From contig CAVSBO010000016.1 of the NCBI GenBank assembly GCA_963726195.1, positions 225,675 through 289,674 on the forward strand: a stretch of DNA of 64,000 nucleotides, given 5' to 3'. Below, in pieces: positions 30,062-40,223 of the stretch (its first letter is position 1; each line of letters starts with the position of its first letter). Source of the DNA: Candidatus Thorarchaeota archaeon (GTDB taxonomy: Archaea; Asgardarchaeota; Thorarchaeia; Thorarchaeales; Thorarchaeaceae). Under the pieces are notes generated by a model. That model worked only from the letters and a program-made list of their open reading frames with translations. It searched no databases and was not told where the DNA came from. A program made the position numbers and the translations under genes.

Positions 30062-31264
30062 TTGCCAGGGAGCACGGAGGCGAAAAAGGAAGAAACCATT
30101 GATGACAGCACTTATGCACAGACATATACGAGACATCTAGAACGCCGGCTTCGAGCATTGGATACCGAGAAGCAGATACTTCAGGCGGAACGTAGTAGGC
30201 TGGAGAAAGAGGCCCAAACGCTCAGGACGGAACTCGAGAAGCTCAGGCAGTCGCCCCTGATAACTGCCACTGTGCTTGAGATGCTAGAAGATGGGAGAGC
30301 CGTTGTAAGGAGCTCCACCGGACCAAACTTCGTTGTGCATGTCGCCTCATCAGTCCCCAAGGAAAAGCTGCAGCCAGGTATGCGTGTTGCACTCAATCAG
30401 CGCTCCTTCGCCGTAACTCAGGACCTGCCGGCGCCGAAAGACCCTATGATAAGGGCCATGGAAGTAGAAGAGAAGCCCTTAGTCTCATACGCAGAGATAG
30501 GCGGCCTAAAGGAGCAGATGCGTGAAATAAGAGAGACTGTAGAACTTCCTCTGCTCAAACCCGATTTGTTCAAGCAGGTTGGCATAGAACCTCCGAAGGG
30601 CGTACTGTTGACGGGTCCGCCAGGCACTGGAAAGACTCTTTGTGCTAGAGCAGTGGCTCATGAGACTAAGGCGACGTTCATCCGAGTCATTGGATCGGAA
30701 CTGGTCCAGAAGTTTATTGGTGAAGGCGCGAGACTCGTCAGAGAGATTTTCCTGCATGCTAAGGAGAAAGCACCCGCTATCATATTCGTGGATGAGCTTG
30801 ATGCTGTCGGTTCTCAAAGACTGGATATTGCCACTTCTGGTGACAGAGAGGTTCAGAGAACACTGATGCAGCTTCTGAGCGAGCTCGATGGCTTTGAGAA
30901 CCGGGGCCAAGTGGCAGTACTTGGAGCCACAAACCGTCCCGACATTCTGGATCCGGCATTATTGCGACCGGGCCGATTTGACAGAATCATCGAGTTTCCA
31001 CTTCCTGACGACGTTGGAAGACTGGAGATCCTCAAGATTCACACCAGAGGAATGAATGTCGAGCCGAATATCGACTACAATCAGATGGTATATTCGACAC
31101 AGGGTAAGACTGGAGCGGATATCAAGGTCATCTGTACAGAGGCAGGAATGTTTGCCATACGTGACGACAGGGTCTGCGTTACACAGGACGACTTCCGCCG
31201 AGCCGTAGCCAAGCTACTAGGGCGCGCAGGCGGCGATAAAGTCCCGACTGGAATCTACTGCTAG
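30062..31264 (+). CDS. pan: Proteasome-activating nucleotidase
   Basis: Coiled coil, [22 protein letters not shown]-terminal HbYX (IYC). Confidence 0.97.
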   Translation: MPGSTEAKKEETIDDSTYAQTYTRHLERRLRALDTEKQILQAERSRLEKEAQTLRTELEKLRQSPLITATVLEMLEDGRAVVRSSTGPNFVVHVASSVPKEKLQPGMRVALNQRSFAVTQDLPAPKDPMIRAMEVEEKPLVSYAEIGGLKEQMREIRETVELPLLKPDLFKQVGIEPPKGVLLTGPPGTGKTLCARAVAHETKATFIRVIGSELVQKFIGEGARLVREIFLHAKEKAPAIIFVDELDAVGSQRLDIATSGDREVQRTLMQLLSELDGFENRGQVAVLGATNRPDILDPALLRPGRFDRIIEFPLPDDVGRLEILKIHTRGMNVEPNIDYNQMVYSTQGKTGADIKVICTEAGMFAIRDDRVCVTQDDFRRAVAKLLGRAGGDKVPTGIYC

Positions 31265-31345
31265 ACTCTCCGGAGAGAATTGGAGTCTTGACAAAGCAGG
31301 ACTCTGTCAACTGCCAAGAGCCAGACCCCGGTCTGTGTTGAGACA

Positions 31346-32173
31346 ATGCGATACCGGAATTACCTGCAAACAAAGCTAGATGGCGCGTCCCTTGACGGGA
31401 TTAAACTCCCTGCGGGTTTTCAAATCGTAGGACATGTTGCCCTAGTACATCTAGATGAAAGACTGTGGCAGTATGCTGGCCAAATTGGCGAGCTGACGAT
31501 GGAGTATAATCGAAGAGTCAAGTCCGTGGCTATCAGATATGGGCCAACAGAAGGAGTGACGCGCAAACCTGCATACAAGGTCGTTGCAGGAGACCTCAAC
31601 ACGGTCACCACATTCACGGAAGCTGGGATCAGATTCATGCTCGACCCTCTCGTTGTCACATTCTCCAGAGGAAATAGACAGGAGCGGATGAGGCTATCAT
31701 CCATTGTGAGACACGGGGAAACTGTGGTTGATATGTTTGCATGTGTGGGACAGTTCGCATTGCCGGTTGCCATTGGAAAGAGCGCGCGGGTATTTGCCAT
31801 AGAGATTGACCCTATTGCGTACAACTTCCTTCTTCGGAACATAGAACTGAACAAGCTCGAGAGCAAGGTGGTACCCATATTGGGTGACTGCAGGGAGGTT
31901 CATCCACTGGCCGTGGCTGACAGGGTTATCATGGGGTACCTTCATGATACAACCGCATATCTGCCAGCCGCACTAGAGACGCTGTCTAGGAAGGGTGGGA
32001 CAGTCCACATGCATATTGCTTCTCCGCTGAAAGCTATCACCTCATTGAGAGATGTGATCTCGTCCAAGGCGGCAGAGAAAGGTTTCCGTGCAAATACAGT
32101 GGCACGCAAAATCAAGACTTACTCTCCAGGAGTCGAGCATCTGGCATTCGATATCAGATTGATGCCGAGCTGA
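31346..32173 (+). CDS. Trm5/Taw2 (Met10+-like) tRNA modification transferase
   Basis: FSRGN..ER, VVDMFACVGQF, ADRVIMG. Confidence 0.85.
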   Translation: MRYRNYLQTKLDGASLDGIKLPAGFQIVGHVALVHLDERLWQYAGQIGELTMEYNRRVKSVAIRYGPTEGVTRKPAYKVVAGDLNTVTTFTEAGIRFMLDPLVVTFSRGNRQERMRLSSIVRHGETVVDMFACVGQFALPVAIGKSARVFAIEIDPIAYNFLLRNIELNKLESKVVPILGDCREVHPLAVADRVIMGYLHDTTAYLPAALETLSRKGGTVHMHIASPLKAITSLRDVISSKAAEKGFRANTVARKIKTYSPGVEHLAFDIRLMPS

Positions 32174-32281
32174 ATCAGAGACCGTGTGAGCGCAATCATT
32201 TTATCCACTGCCAAGCACCAACAGGGATGAAGCAGAAGCTCAGCCCGCTGCAATCATCCGAAGTCACCAGAGGTTAGTAAT

Positions 32282-32671
32282 ATGGGATTCAGAGGAATGT
32301 CACCCAGACAACTCGAACGAATGATGAAGAAGATGGGTATTGAGCAAAAGGAGCTTGAAGGCGTAAAGGAAGTTGTGATCCGTTTCGCTGACAAGGAGTG
32401 GGTTATTGACAAGGCACAGGTCGTGATGATCAAACAGGCCGGTGTTGATTCCTATCAGGTGACTGGTCCAAGGAGAGAACGTGAACTAGGCAAGACCAGT
32501 CCAGAGAAAGAAGCTGGAGGGGTTCCTCAGAAAAAGGTGACCGACATTCCTGTGGAGGATGCAGCACTTGTTGCAAGCCAGACCGGGACCACTATTGAAG
32601 CTGCGATGGAAGCGTTGAAAGAGAATGACGGAGACTTGGCTGCTGCAATACTGAAGCTGCGACGTGGCTAG
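32282..32671 (+). CDS. nac: Nascent polypeptide-associated complex protein
   Basis: PRQLERMMKKMG, YQVTG, UBA-like GDLAAAI. Confidence 0.95.
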   Translation: MGFRGMSPRQLERMMKKMGIEQKELEGVKEVVIRFADKEWVIDKAQVVMIKQAGVDSYQVTGPRRERELGKTSPEKEAGGVPQKKVTDIPVEDAALVASQTGTTIEAAMEALKENDGDLAAAILKLRRG

Positions 32672-32721
32672 ATTCGAAAGACCGTAATGTGTGTAATACA
32701 ATACAAGATATGAAGAGAGCA

Positions 32722-33363
32722 CTAGGTCTCTTGAGCCTTTTCCTTCAACCGCTCCTTGACCATTTTTATCCTGTAGAAATCCTCGCGTTCTCTTTCTTCC
32801 AGAGCAAGTTTGACAAAACGAGCAGTAGCGTCAAGACGAGGTATCACGACGGTCTCAAGAGCAGAGACCCTTCTCTTGGTTCTTTCAATTTCCAGAGCGA
32901 GCCGTTTTACGCTAGACTCTATTTCTGCCAAACGAGTTATGGTTCGGAGTGCATCCCGAAACTTGGAGCTCATCACATCGAGCTTCGCGCTGGAGTCGGG
33001 TAACGAATATGGAAGCTCGGGGTTCTCCTGCTGGACCGACAGCACGGGCACTCGAACTCCCATGGTGGACCTGGTGGAGATTGTGAGATCGGCGCGCATC
33101 CTACTTGCGTATGCGAATTCCACAACACGTGATGGGCCCATTATCATCTTGGCTTGCGTCAATGCAGAATAGGCCTCCTTCAGAGTTGCGTTCACCTTTT
33201 CGCGAGCGTCCTTGATTTCGGCTATGGCATTGAAGAACTCCATGATCAATGAGTCGCGCTTCTCCCTCAACAGCTTGTGACCACGCTCGGCAAGAGCCAT
33301 TCTGTTCTTGAGAGCCAGTAGCTCCATCCGTGTTGTCTTCGTTCCTGGCAGGATCTTGCTCAT
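32722..33363 (-). CDS. atpD: A/V-type ATP synthase subunit D
   Basis: TRMEL, GHKLLREKRD, TKRRVSALE..IP, LEERERE. Confidence 0.95.
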   Translation of the reverse strand: MSKILPGTKTTRMELLALKNRMALAERGHKLLREKRDSLIMEFFNAIAEIKDAREKVNATLKEAYSALTQAKMIMGPSRVVEFAYASRMRADLTISTRSTMGVRVPVLSVQQENPELPYSLPDSSAKLDVMSSKFRDALRTITRLAEIESSVKRLALEIERTKRRVSALETVVIPRLDATARFVKLALEEREREDFYRIKMVKERLKEKAQET

Positions 33364-33447
33364 CGTTCCTCACGCTCGTAAGAGGTATGTATGTTGTCTT
33401 GATGTTACTCGTTATGAATCGGAACACGCAAGCCAGTCATCTGACGG

Positions 33448-33726
33448 TCAGGTGAACGTGAATATGATGGCACTAAAAAGAACCCCGAAGACACATGCAA
33501 ACAACCAGTTGATGAGATATCTGTCAACCCCGGCGGGATTCTCATCAATCTGGCCGGTCACGGCCAATGTCGTCAGCGATATGAATAGGAATGCGAAGGG
33601 GAGCGAAATGGTCTTGCTCGTCAGTGATGCATTTCTAAGCACGATTAGCCCAATGAGTGCACAAAGTATCACGAATGAGATGATCATCAATGAATCCAGT
33701 ACACGTCGAATCTGTTCTACGTCCAT
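33448..33726 (-). CDS. Small 3-TM membrane protein
   Basis: Three hydrophobic segments. Confidence 0.6.
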   Translation of the reverse strand: MDVEQIRRVLDSLMIISFVILCALIGLIVLRNASLTSKTISLPFAFLFISLTTLAVTGQIDENPAGVDRYLINWLFACVFGVLFSAIIFTFT

Positions 33727-34035
33727 TTCGTTGTTCTCCTATGACGAGCCCATGCGCGACTCTTAGGCCTTGGTCCTCGACCTCTCTGTAAGGCTGAAAA
33801 AGGTTATGCCGGACTAGCAATTGGTTTCGTATTCAGACAACATTGTCATGCCCCTTTTGACTCGAACGGTAATCATGCCAGAATGATGGCTTCTTTCGGT
33901 AGATGCAGTATTGTCAATCGATTGCGTTAGGATTGCTTGATTCTCATCATTAGTTAGAGTCACTCTGAACACGCTGACCGCACAGACTTATTACAGCGGG
34001 AAGGGCTGTCCAGGTCGGTATTACGAGCATTACTT

Positions 34036-35049
34036 ATGATACCAAGAAACGCAACAGCGGAAGGTGTGAACGCCATGGCCATTGCCATATACGAAAGTGC
34101 ATTGATACGTCACTTCAACACCCGTAAGGAAGCATTGCGCGCTTGGGAGGAGAAGATTGGCTGTCGTTCGTCTCCTTTCAGAGGCTTCAAGATGCCTGAC
34201 TCCCGCCTTTACATCGAGCAACCGGATTTCTTGGATAGCATTGTCGATTTGGTCCTGACAAACGAGCGGCACATATTCATCCGCGGGCCGATAGGCTCTG
34301 GTAAGAGCACGCTCATGTTGCTGGCGCTCAGAGACCTCCCAACACTCGTGGACCGAAGAGGCAACAGATTCATCGTGGGCTATGTAGGAATGAGTGGACT
34401 GTACGAAAAACAGATGGCTTCAGCAATCGCAGATGCGCTAAGAGTGAAGTACAAGAGATCATGGGAAACTAACGAGATCATAGAGGCAGTGTCTGTTGAA
34501 TCTGTACGAAGATACACAGACGAGAAGTCTAGGACTGCGTTGTTCATTGAGGATGTAGCCGACAATCAAGAGGCCGCATTTCACAAAATCCGGTACTTGG
34601 CAGATTTACCGACCGAAGAAATGAAGGAAAGCTACAAGGGAGCATTAGACGAACCGATTGTGACCCTTATCATGAGTGGAACGACGGAATATTGGAACGC
34701 GATGCTGAACTATCTACCTCAGATAGCTGATAGAACGGAGCCATTGGATGTTCCCGCATTTGACAATCAGAAAGCAAAGGAGTTCATTGCTAGGCGGATT
34801 GCTTACGCACAAGGGAAGATAGATGTCTTTGACAAAGATAGTTTCGAGATCTACCCGTTCACAGACAAATCGATAGAGTTGATTAATGCGGCTGCCAAGG
34901 GGAACCCACGTGATATTCGTATGCTGGCACGTGGATGTGAACAGGTTGCAGCTGACGAATTCAGCAAGAGCGGAGATCCCGCGGTGACTCTGAATATCGC
35001 AGAACTCGTCACCGAGGCATATGCCGCGATATTGAAGGAGGTGCACTAG
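34036..35049 (+). CDS. ExeA/GspA-like AAA+ ATPase
   Basis: SPF, GPIGSGKST, Walker B FIEDV, YPFT..I...AKGNPR. Confidence 0.8.
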   Translation: MIPRNATAEGVNAMAIAIYESALIRHFNTRKEALRAWEEKIGCRSSPFRGFKMPDSRLYIEQPDFLDSIVDLVLTNERHIFIRGPIGSGKSTLMLLALRDLPTLVDRRGNRFIVGYVGMSGLYEKQMASAIADALRVKYKRSWETNEIIEAVSVESVRRYTDEKSRTALFIEDVADNQEAAFHKIRYLADLPTEEMKESYKGALDEPIVTLIMSGTTEYWNAMLNYLPQIADRTEPLDVPAFDNQKAKEFIARRIAYAQGKIDVFDKDSFEIYPFTDKSIELINAAAKGNPRDIRMLARGCEQVAADEFSKSGDPAVTLNIAELVTEAYAAILKEVH

Positions 35050-35403
35050 TTGAGCGTACTCGGAAAGTATCGACGTGAGACAGGCAGAGAAGACGAACAG
35101 AAGACAGAGAGTACTGCAAAGACCCGTGAAGTTCAGAGGGCGGATGTCGAGAGGAAGAGAGAAGGTTTGGTTAAACAGATAGAGGCTGTACCAAACAACG
35201 AACGCAAAAGCCCGATTGTTTCGTTCTCCATTCCGACCGATCTGAGGGCTTGTCTACAAGCAATAAGGAAGGACAAGTCAATCAATCTGAGTATGTGGGT
35301 TGAAAAACAGCTCCGAGAAGCAGTACTCGATGAGTTTCCGGGCATGGCAGAAAAAATACCTGCAAGGCTGAAATATCATGCGTCACAAGAGTCATACTTG
35401 TAA
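35050..35403 (+). CDS. Small protein with probable ribbon-helix-helix domain
   Basis: Abuts the ATPase stop; IVSFSIPTDL..L...INLSMWVEKQLREAV. Confidence 0.6.
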   Translation: MSVLGKYRRETGREDEQKTESTAKTREVQRADVERKREGLVKQIEAVPNNERKSPIVSFSIPTDLRACLQAIRKDKSINLSMWVEKQLREAVLDEFPGMAEKIPARLKYHASQESYL

Positions 35404-35441
35404 TACCAGGTCATGATGTACGACTCCCAGTGGCTAGATTG

Positions 35442-36848
35442 TCAACTCACATCGTGAACGGCATGTCTACGAGATTCTGCATACTCCGCTGCACGAGCCA
35501 AACACAATGCTGCCAAGGCCGGATCGTCGTAACATGGTATCCGATTGGATTCCAGAAGACCCTTTCCTGGCTCGCCCACATCCCCGGCCAACCACACTCC
35601 AGCAATTGGTTTTTGGACTCCCGCGGCCCGCAAACCTTCGAGCACGCCTTCGGCATGCTCAACCTGAGTCATACCCGCGAACGTGGGTACGACACATATC
35701 TCCAAGAGCATGTCAACGCCGGGGTCCGTGAGTGCTTGTTCAGTCGCAATGCGATACTCCCACCTTCCGCCTGTTGCTACTAGGTCGATTGGGTTCTCAA
35801 TAGATGCTAATGGTGAAAGACCCCTCCTCAGCTCTTGGCGCGTCTTGTTGGACAGTACTGACATTTTGAGACCCAGATCAGAGACCGCATCAGCAGCCAA
35901 TACACCGGCTCCTCCTGTATTAGTGATAATACAAACATTGCGACCGTGTGGCAGAGGTTGGAAATCGAAGATTTTGCACACCTCGAATAAACTATCCAGC
36001 GTGGGAGCAGTGACACAACCGGCTTGCCGAAGCATCCCAGCAAAGACCCCTGTAGACGCAGCCAGCGAGCCTGTGTGCGACTTCACAGCCCTGTTGCCGA
36101 TCTCGCTCCGACCTCCCTTGAGCACGACAACGGGCTTTTTTCTCGAGGCATTGTGAAGTGATTCGTAGAATGGCCGACCTTCTTTGATGCCTTCGATGTA
36201 GACCGCGATCACTGTGGTATCTTCATCTTCTCTGAAGTAGTCCAGGATCTCGCCCATGCCGACGTCGGCCGCATTGCCGATGCTTGCAAACTTGCTTAGG
36301 CCGGTCTTCCTTGCGCGGGTGGTGTAGATGCTTGCTCCTCCAAGGGCGCCGCTCTGAGAAACGAATGCAATGTTACCGCGCTCGGGCATAATAGTGAAAG
36401 TGCCATTGAATAGTCTGCTGTTGGATACACCGACACAGTTTGGGCCCATAATCCTCACATTCGCATCTCTTGCGGCTCTAACGAGGGAATCTTCCAGCTT
36501 GGCACCTTCTGCACCGGTCTCACTGAACCCACCGGACATCACAATGGCGCAATGAGCTCCAGACTTCCCGATATCAGGAATCAGGCCCGGACAGTTTTTC
36601 GCTTCTATCGCAACAATGACCAGATCGACTTTCTCAGGCAGCTCGGTCAAGCTTGAGTATGTCTCAATACCCATGATTTGACTCTGAGTGCGAGAGATGG
36701 GATAGACCCTGATTGCTGAGCTGACCAGATTCATCATTATCGAATTGCCCAGTTTCTTGGGGTCGGCGGAGGCACCAACCAATGCAACAGCATGAGGATT
36801 GAAGAAGGAATCTAACTCTGTAGTTGAGTCTTTCCGATTGGTGGCCAC
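35442..36848 (-). CDS. acdA: ADP-forming acyl-CoA synthetase alpha subunit
   Basis: VGAS, GPNC, SQSGA, SHTGSLA, GGAGVLAAD, NPID. Confidence 0.9.
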   Translation of the reverse strand: MATNRKDSTTELDSFFNPHAVALVGASADPKKLGNSIMMNLVSSAIRVYPISRTQSQIMGIETYSSLTELPEKVDLVIVAIEAKNCPGLIPDIGKSGAHCAIVMSGGFSETGAEGAKLEDSLVRAARDANVRIMGPNCVGVSNSRLFNGTFTIMPERGNIAFVSQSGALGGASIYTTRARKTGLSKFASIGNAADVGMGEILDYFREDEDTTVIAVYIEGIKEGRPFYESLHNASRKKPVVVLKGGRSEIGNRAVKSHTGSLAASTGVFAGMLRQAGCVTAPTLDSLFEVCKIFDFQPLPHGRNVCIITNTGGAGVLAADAVSDLGLKMSVLSNKTRQELRRGLSPLASIENPIDLVATGGRWEYRIATEQALTDPGVDMLLEICVVPTFAGMTQVEHAEGVLEGLRAAGVQKPIAGVWLAGDVGEPGKGLLESNRIPCYDDPALAALCLARAAEYAESRRHAVHDVS

Positions 36849-36914
36849 AGTGGAACTCGGTAGAGTGTTCGATTTATGTGTAACGTGTAGAGCAAAAGAA
36901 ACAGGTGGAGAGGC

Positions 36915-38177
36915 CTACTCTGAATGATACCATTCCGGCAGGCCGCGAGGCATTTCTCGGTACACGTTTCTCAACCGTCCGCGGTTGTGGCGTTCCGAAT
37001 GCATTGTCTGACTAATGAGTTGTCGTGCTTCGGGGCACTTCTTGGCTATGTTGCAGAGAGCAGACAACGATGTGCCCACCAATTCCTTTGATACAGCCTC
37101 GCATATGATATCGATAAGTACAGACGCTGCGGATTCGTGATAGAAGCTCCCTAAGGCTGTAATGGCCAAGCTCGATATGCGGCTGTCTTCTTCCCGGGCA
37201 AGCTTCCCTAGTGTCGGTACTGATTCTAGTGCCCTTACTACAACATGATTGCTAGTACTCTGTACCAGTTGACGATAGGCGTCGCTGGATTCGGCTCCTT
37301 GATAAGAGGCAATGGAGGCATAGAGCATCGCATTCAACGTGGGAACTGAGTATCTGCTGCCGAGTGCGCGTAGTACTTCTCCGTCTTGATCAATGATTGA
37401 TCTCAGCAAACTTCTGAAAACTTCGTTGGAGGGCTTTTGGTTTTCTGAACAGCCGAACCGCAGACTTGGTTTTTCAGAAGCCTCTCCCACCAGACGACTC
37501 TGTAATGTTTGTATTACGAAAAATACATCCCCTCTCATCTGTCCGGAATCGAGCCCCTTGACGCCCAGTTCCGACAAGACCATGCGGCCAGTTTCAGTAA
37601 GCCAAAGCTTCCCTAGGTCCAGCTTTCCTTCAGTTACAAGATCGTTGATTATCTTGGCCTCGGCACTTCTTGCTTTCTCAAGAAGAAGTGTCATTGACCT
37701 AGAAAAGCTTGCGTTGGGGAAATCGAAAAAGAGTGTGTCGCCCGATGAGAGCTGGTCTTCTCCTAGCTCCTCAGTTCGTTGTGCAAATCGAGAAGCGGCA
37801 GATGCCGAGGATTCTTCATCTTCTAGCTCGTCCAGGAGTGTCATAGTGTCGCAGTTAACCGGTTCAAGTCCGGTACAGGAAAACAGCTCAAATACCATCT
37901 CTCGATACTTCATTGGTTCCAAGGGGGTATGGTAACCGCCAGGTCGCATCGGAATCGGGTAATCCTCGCGATATGCTCTGCGAAGACAGTCTAGGGCAAC
38001 CGACCAGCCCTCCTTCTGCTCCACGACGGCTAGGAAGTCTACTAGGTCGCGTCCTCTTCTCTCTGCTATGGTATTCGAAATCTCTTGTATTCTCTCCTTG
38101 TCTTCTGCCTCCTTTGCACGCTCCGCACTTGCTTTGAGAATCCAGCTATGACCATCATCTTCGGCCAACGTGACCAC
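36915..38177 (-). CDS. Hypothetical protein with C-terminal HEAT-like repeats
   Basis: Long ORF; AITALGSF..SAASVL, SLSALCNI. Confidence 0.65.
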   Translation of the reverse strand: MVTLAEDDGHSWILKASAERAKEAEDKERIQEISNTIAERRGRDLVDFLAVVEQKEGWSVALDCLRRAYREDYPIPMRPGGYHTPLEPMKYREMVFELFSCTGLEPVNCDTMTLLDELEDEESSASAASRFAQRTEELGEDQLSSGDTLFFDFPNASFSRSMTLLLEKARSAEAKIINDLVTEGKLDLGKLWLTETGRMVLSELGVKGLDSGQMRGDVFFVIQTLQSRLVGEASEKPSLRFGCSENQKPSNEVFRSLLRSIIDQDGEVLRALGSRYSVPTLNAMLYASIASYQGAESSDAYRQLVQSTSNHVVVRALESVPTLGKLAREEDSRISSLAITALGSFYHESAASVLIDIICEAVSKELVGTSLSALCNIAKKCPEARQLISQTMHSERHNRGRLRNVYREMPRGLPEWYHSE

Positions 38178-38718
38178 TACAAGGAGTTATAATTCAACTA
38201 GTGTTCGCCTCTTAAACGAATAAGACTTTGTCTCACATTGCTTGTTGTCAGTTGGGCATTTTGGGCAGAGAGGTTTTCCGTTCCGTGGGAAATGCCACAG
38301 GACAGCAGTTCCCTCGGGTCGCAGCCATGACATTTCGGCCTGATTGACAGGATTCCTTTCGCTCGGTTTTCTGCTTTTTCAATGTCAATAATGCCCAATC
38401 CCGTTGTGAGCATTGTTGAACCTGGAATTCCGTGACAGAAGCTGCCGTTCTAGGATTAGAACTATGTATCCTTGTACCAAGTGTAATATCGAGTGTGTCG
38501 TGCCAATAACGGTGAGCGAACAACTCATGCATTCGACTCCCATTGTCTGTCAAAGGGATCTCTATCTCCTCAAATACGCATACCTCTAGGGTTGACCGAT
38601 GAAGGCAGCGGTCAAGTCGCTTGCACCTGTGGTCGTTCATTCCGATGTTGACTATTGACGGCATGACACACTCGAGTTGATTTTGTGACGAGACTGTCTC
38701 TCGATTTGGCGCCATCTT

Positions 38719-39282
38719 TCAATGAGAAGCCACGTCTTCTTTGCGACGTGAGAGCTCGGACTTCAATGTAAGGGGTGACACTAGATTCTCCAGTGCTGCG
38801 ACCACGGCTCTCTCAGCGATTCTATAGCTCTCATGATCCTCGTTGCTGAGGTCGGCCTTTCCAGCCAACGCGTCACGGATGCGCCTATAGTCTCCTATTC
38901 TTCCGGCGATTTCCTCGAAAGGTCTGAAAACGGTGAAATCAAAGAAGCCCAGATAGGAGAGGAGAAGCATTGTATAGAGACACTGTGTGACATTCTTTCG
39001 CGCTTGTCTTAGAGTTCTGTTGAAAGCACCTCGTGTAACTCCTCTGGCCTTTGGACTCTTCCTAGATCTAAGAGAGGCCTTCTTGTCGTAAGGTATGTGC
39101 GTGCCATAGCTGTCTTCAACGATTAGGTCAATCAAGAGAGTTTCTAGCTGAGCACTCGTCAGACTTGAGCCTCGCAGCAATGCTCTAAGAATCGGTTCCC
39201 TTAGGACCTGACTAGCACGCGAAGAAATGGTCCCCATTGGCCTAGTCTTCGTCTCACTTGCTCTGGACTCCATATTGTGCAA
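38719..39282 (-). CDS. Archaeal hypothetical protein, possible HTH
   Basis: LTSAQLETL..GVTRGAFNRTLRQAR..YTMLLLSYLG. Confidence 0.65.
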   Translation of the reverse strand: MHNMESRASETKTRPMGTISSRASQVLREPILRALLRGSSLTSAQLETLLIDLIVEDSYGTHIPYDKKASLRSRKSPKARGVTRGAFNRTLRQARKNVTQCLYTMLLLSYLGFFDFTVFRPFEEIAGRIGDYRRIRDALAGKADLSNEDHESYRIAERAVVAALENLVSPLTLKSELSRRKEDVASH

Positions 39283-39598
39283 CCCCTACAATGATTATCT
39301 GTCTTGACTTACAATACCATAATTCTCGAAGCGGGCATATATCTCCGATTCCGAACAGAAGCGTTTTGGTAGAGTATCTACAGATGAATTGTCGTAGCCC
39401 TTTGACGGATACGGTTTTGTATACAAGCATGAACCATCAAAGCGGTGTAAAGCCTTTCTGGGCGCTTGTGGTTTGAGGCCCTTTCCAGCAGGCGTCGCTC
39501 TGCTTTGGTGAGGCGACCTGATGGCGGCTAATGCCGAGAGTATTGATGGCGTGCATCCATATGATTAGTGCATAAGGAAGACGATAACTTGGTTTCAT

Positions 39599-40027
39599 TC
39601 ATCTATTCGTCAATGCCCACTCCGAGTCCGGGCGGACAGGCACAAAACTAAGTATGATATTCCCTCTGATATCGTCAAACTTGAAAACGCCGAGCAGTCT
39701 GGCTCCGCCAGGAGTATCCCATTCAAGCCGACCTCTGCTAACATAGTATTGGAAGACATCTCTGCAGTGTTTTCTGACTTGCATGAACAGGTTACGATAG
39801 TGTCTTCGCTGCGAAGGCCGGATGCCCCACCTTGCCAGAATGAAGCGGTTCGCCAAGCCATTACTCGAGATCAGGATAGGCCTTCTTCCTGTGGGTTCCA
39901 CAAGAATCGACTTGCTAAGAGCGTCTTTCAGGCACTCTGGTATCGAAGCCAGTATGGAGGGGGTGGGTTCTGGTGCCCCCATGAAAGTTGACTCGGATTC
40001 AATCGTCGGGCACATATCGCAAATCAA
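39599..40027 (-). CDS. Hypothetical protein
   Basis: 142-aa ORF. Confidence 0.55.
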   Translation of the reverse strand: MICDMCPTIESESTFMGAPEPTPSILASIPECLKDALSKSILVEPTGRRPILISSNGLANRFILARWGIRPSQRRHYRNLFMQVRKHCRDVFQYYVSRGRLEWDTPGGARLLGVFKFDDIRGNIILSFVPVRPDSEWALTNR

Positions 40028-40223
40028 TGCTTAGTCCCATACGAGACTTATGAGCGCCTATATAATGAATTACTTAGGTTGCGTGTTCTTCTTTGTTGAC
40101 GTGTATTACAACACATACTGGTAATACTGCACTACGATCCGACTTTATGAGCGCAGAAACCATGTTGCCAGTTCACTGACTTAATATCACAAAACGGTTT
40201 GGTGTGCGAACAGGTCCGAGGAC

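Noticed and set aside
38198-38715. ORFs 38248-38715 and 38198-38413
   Set aside because: No recognisable motifs and atypical composition; cannot be supported.
39485-39525. Intergenic hairpin CAGGCGTCGCTC..GAGGCGACCTG
   Set aside because: A single imperfect stem with no other support.
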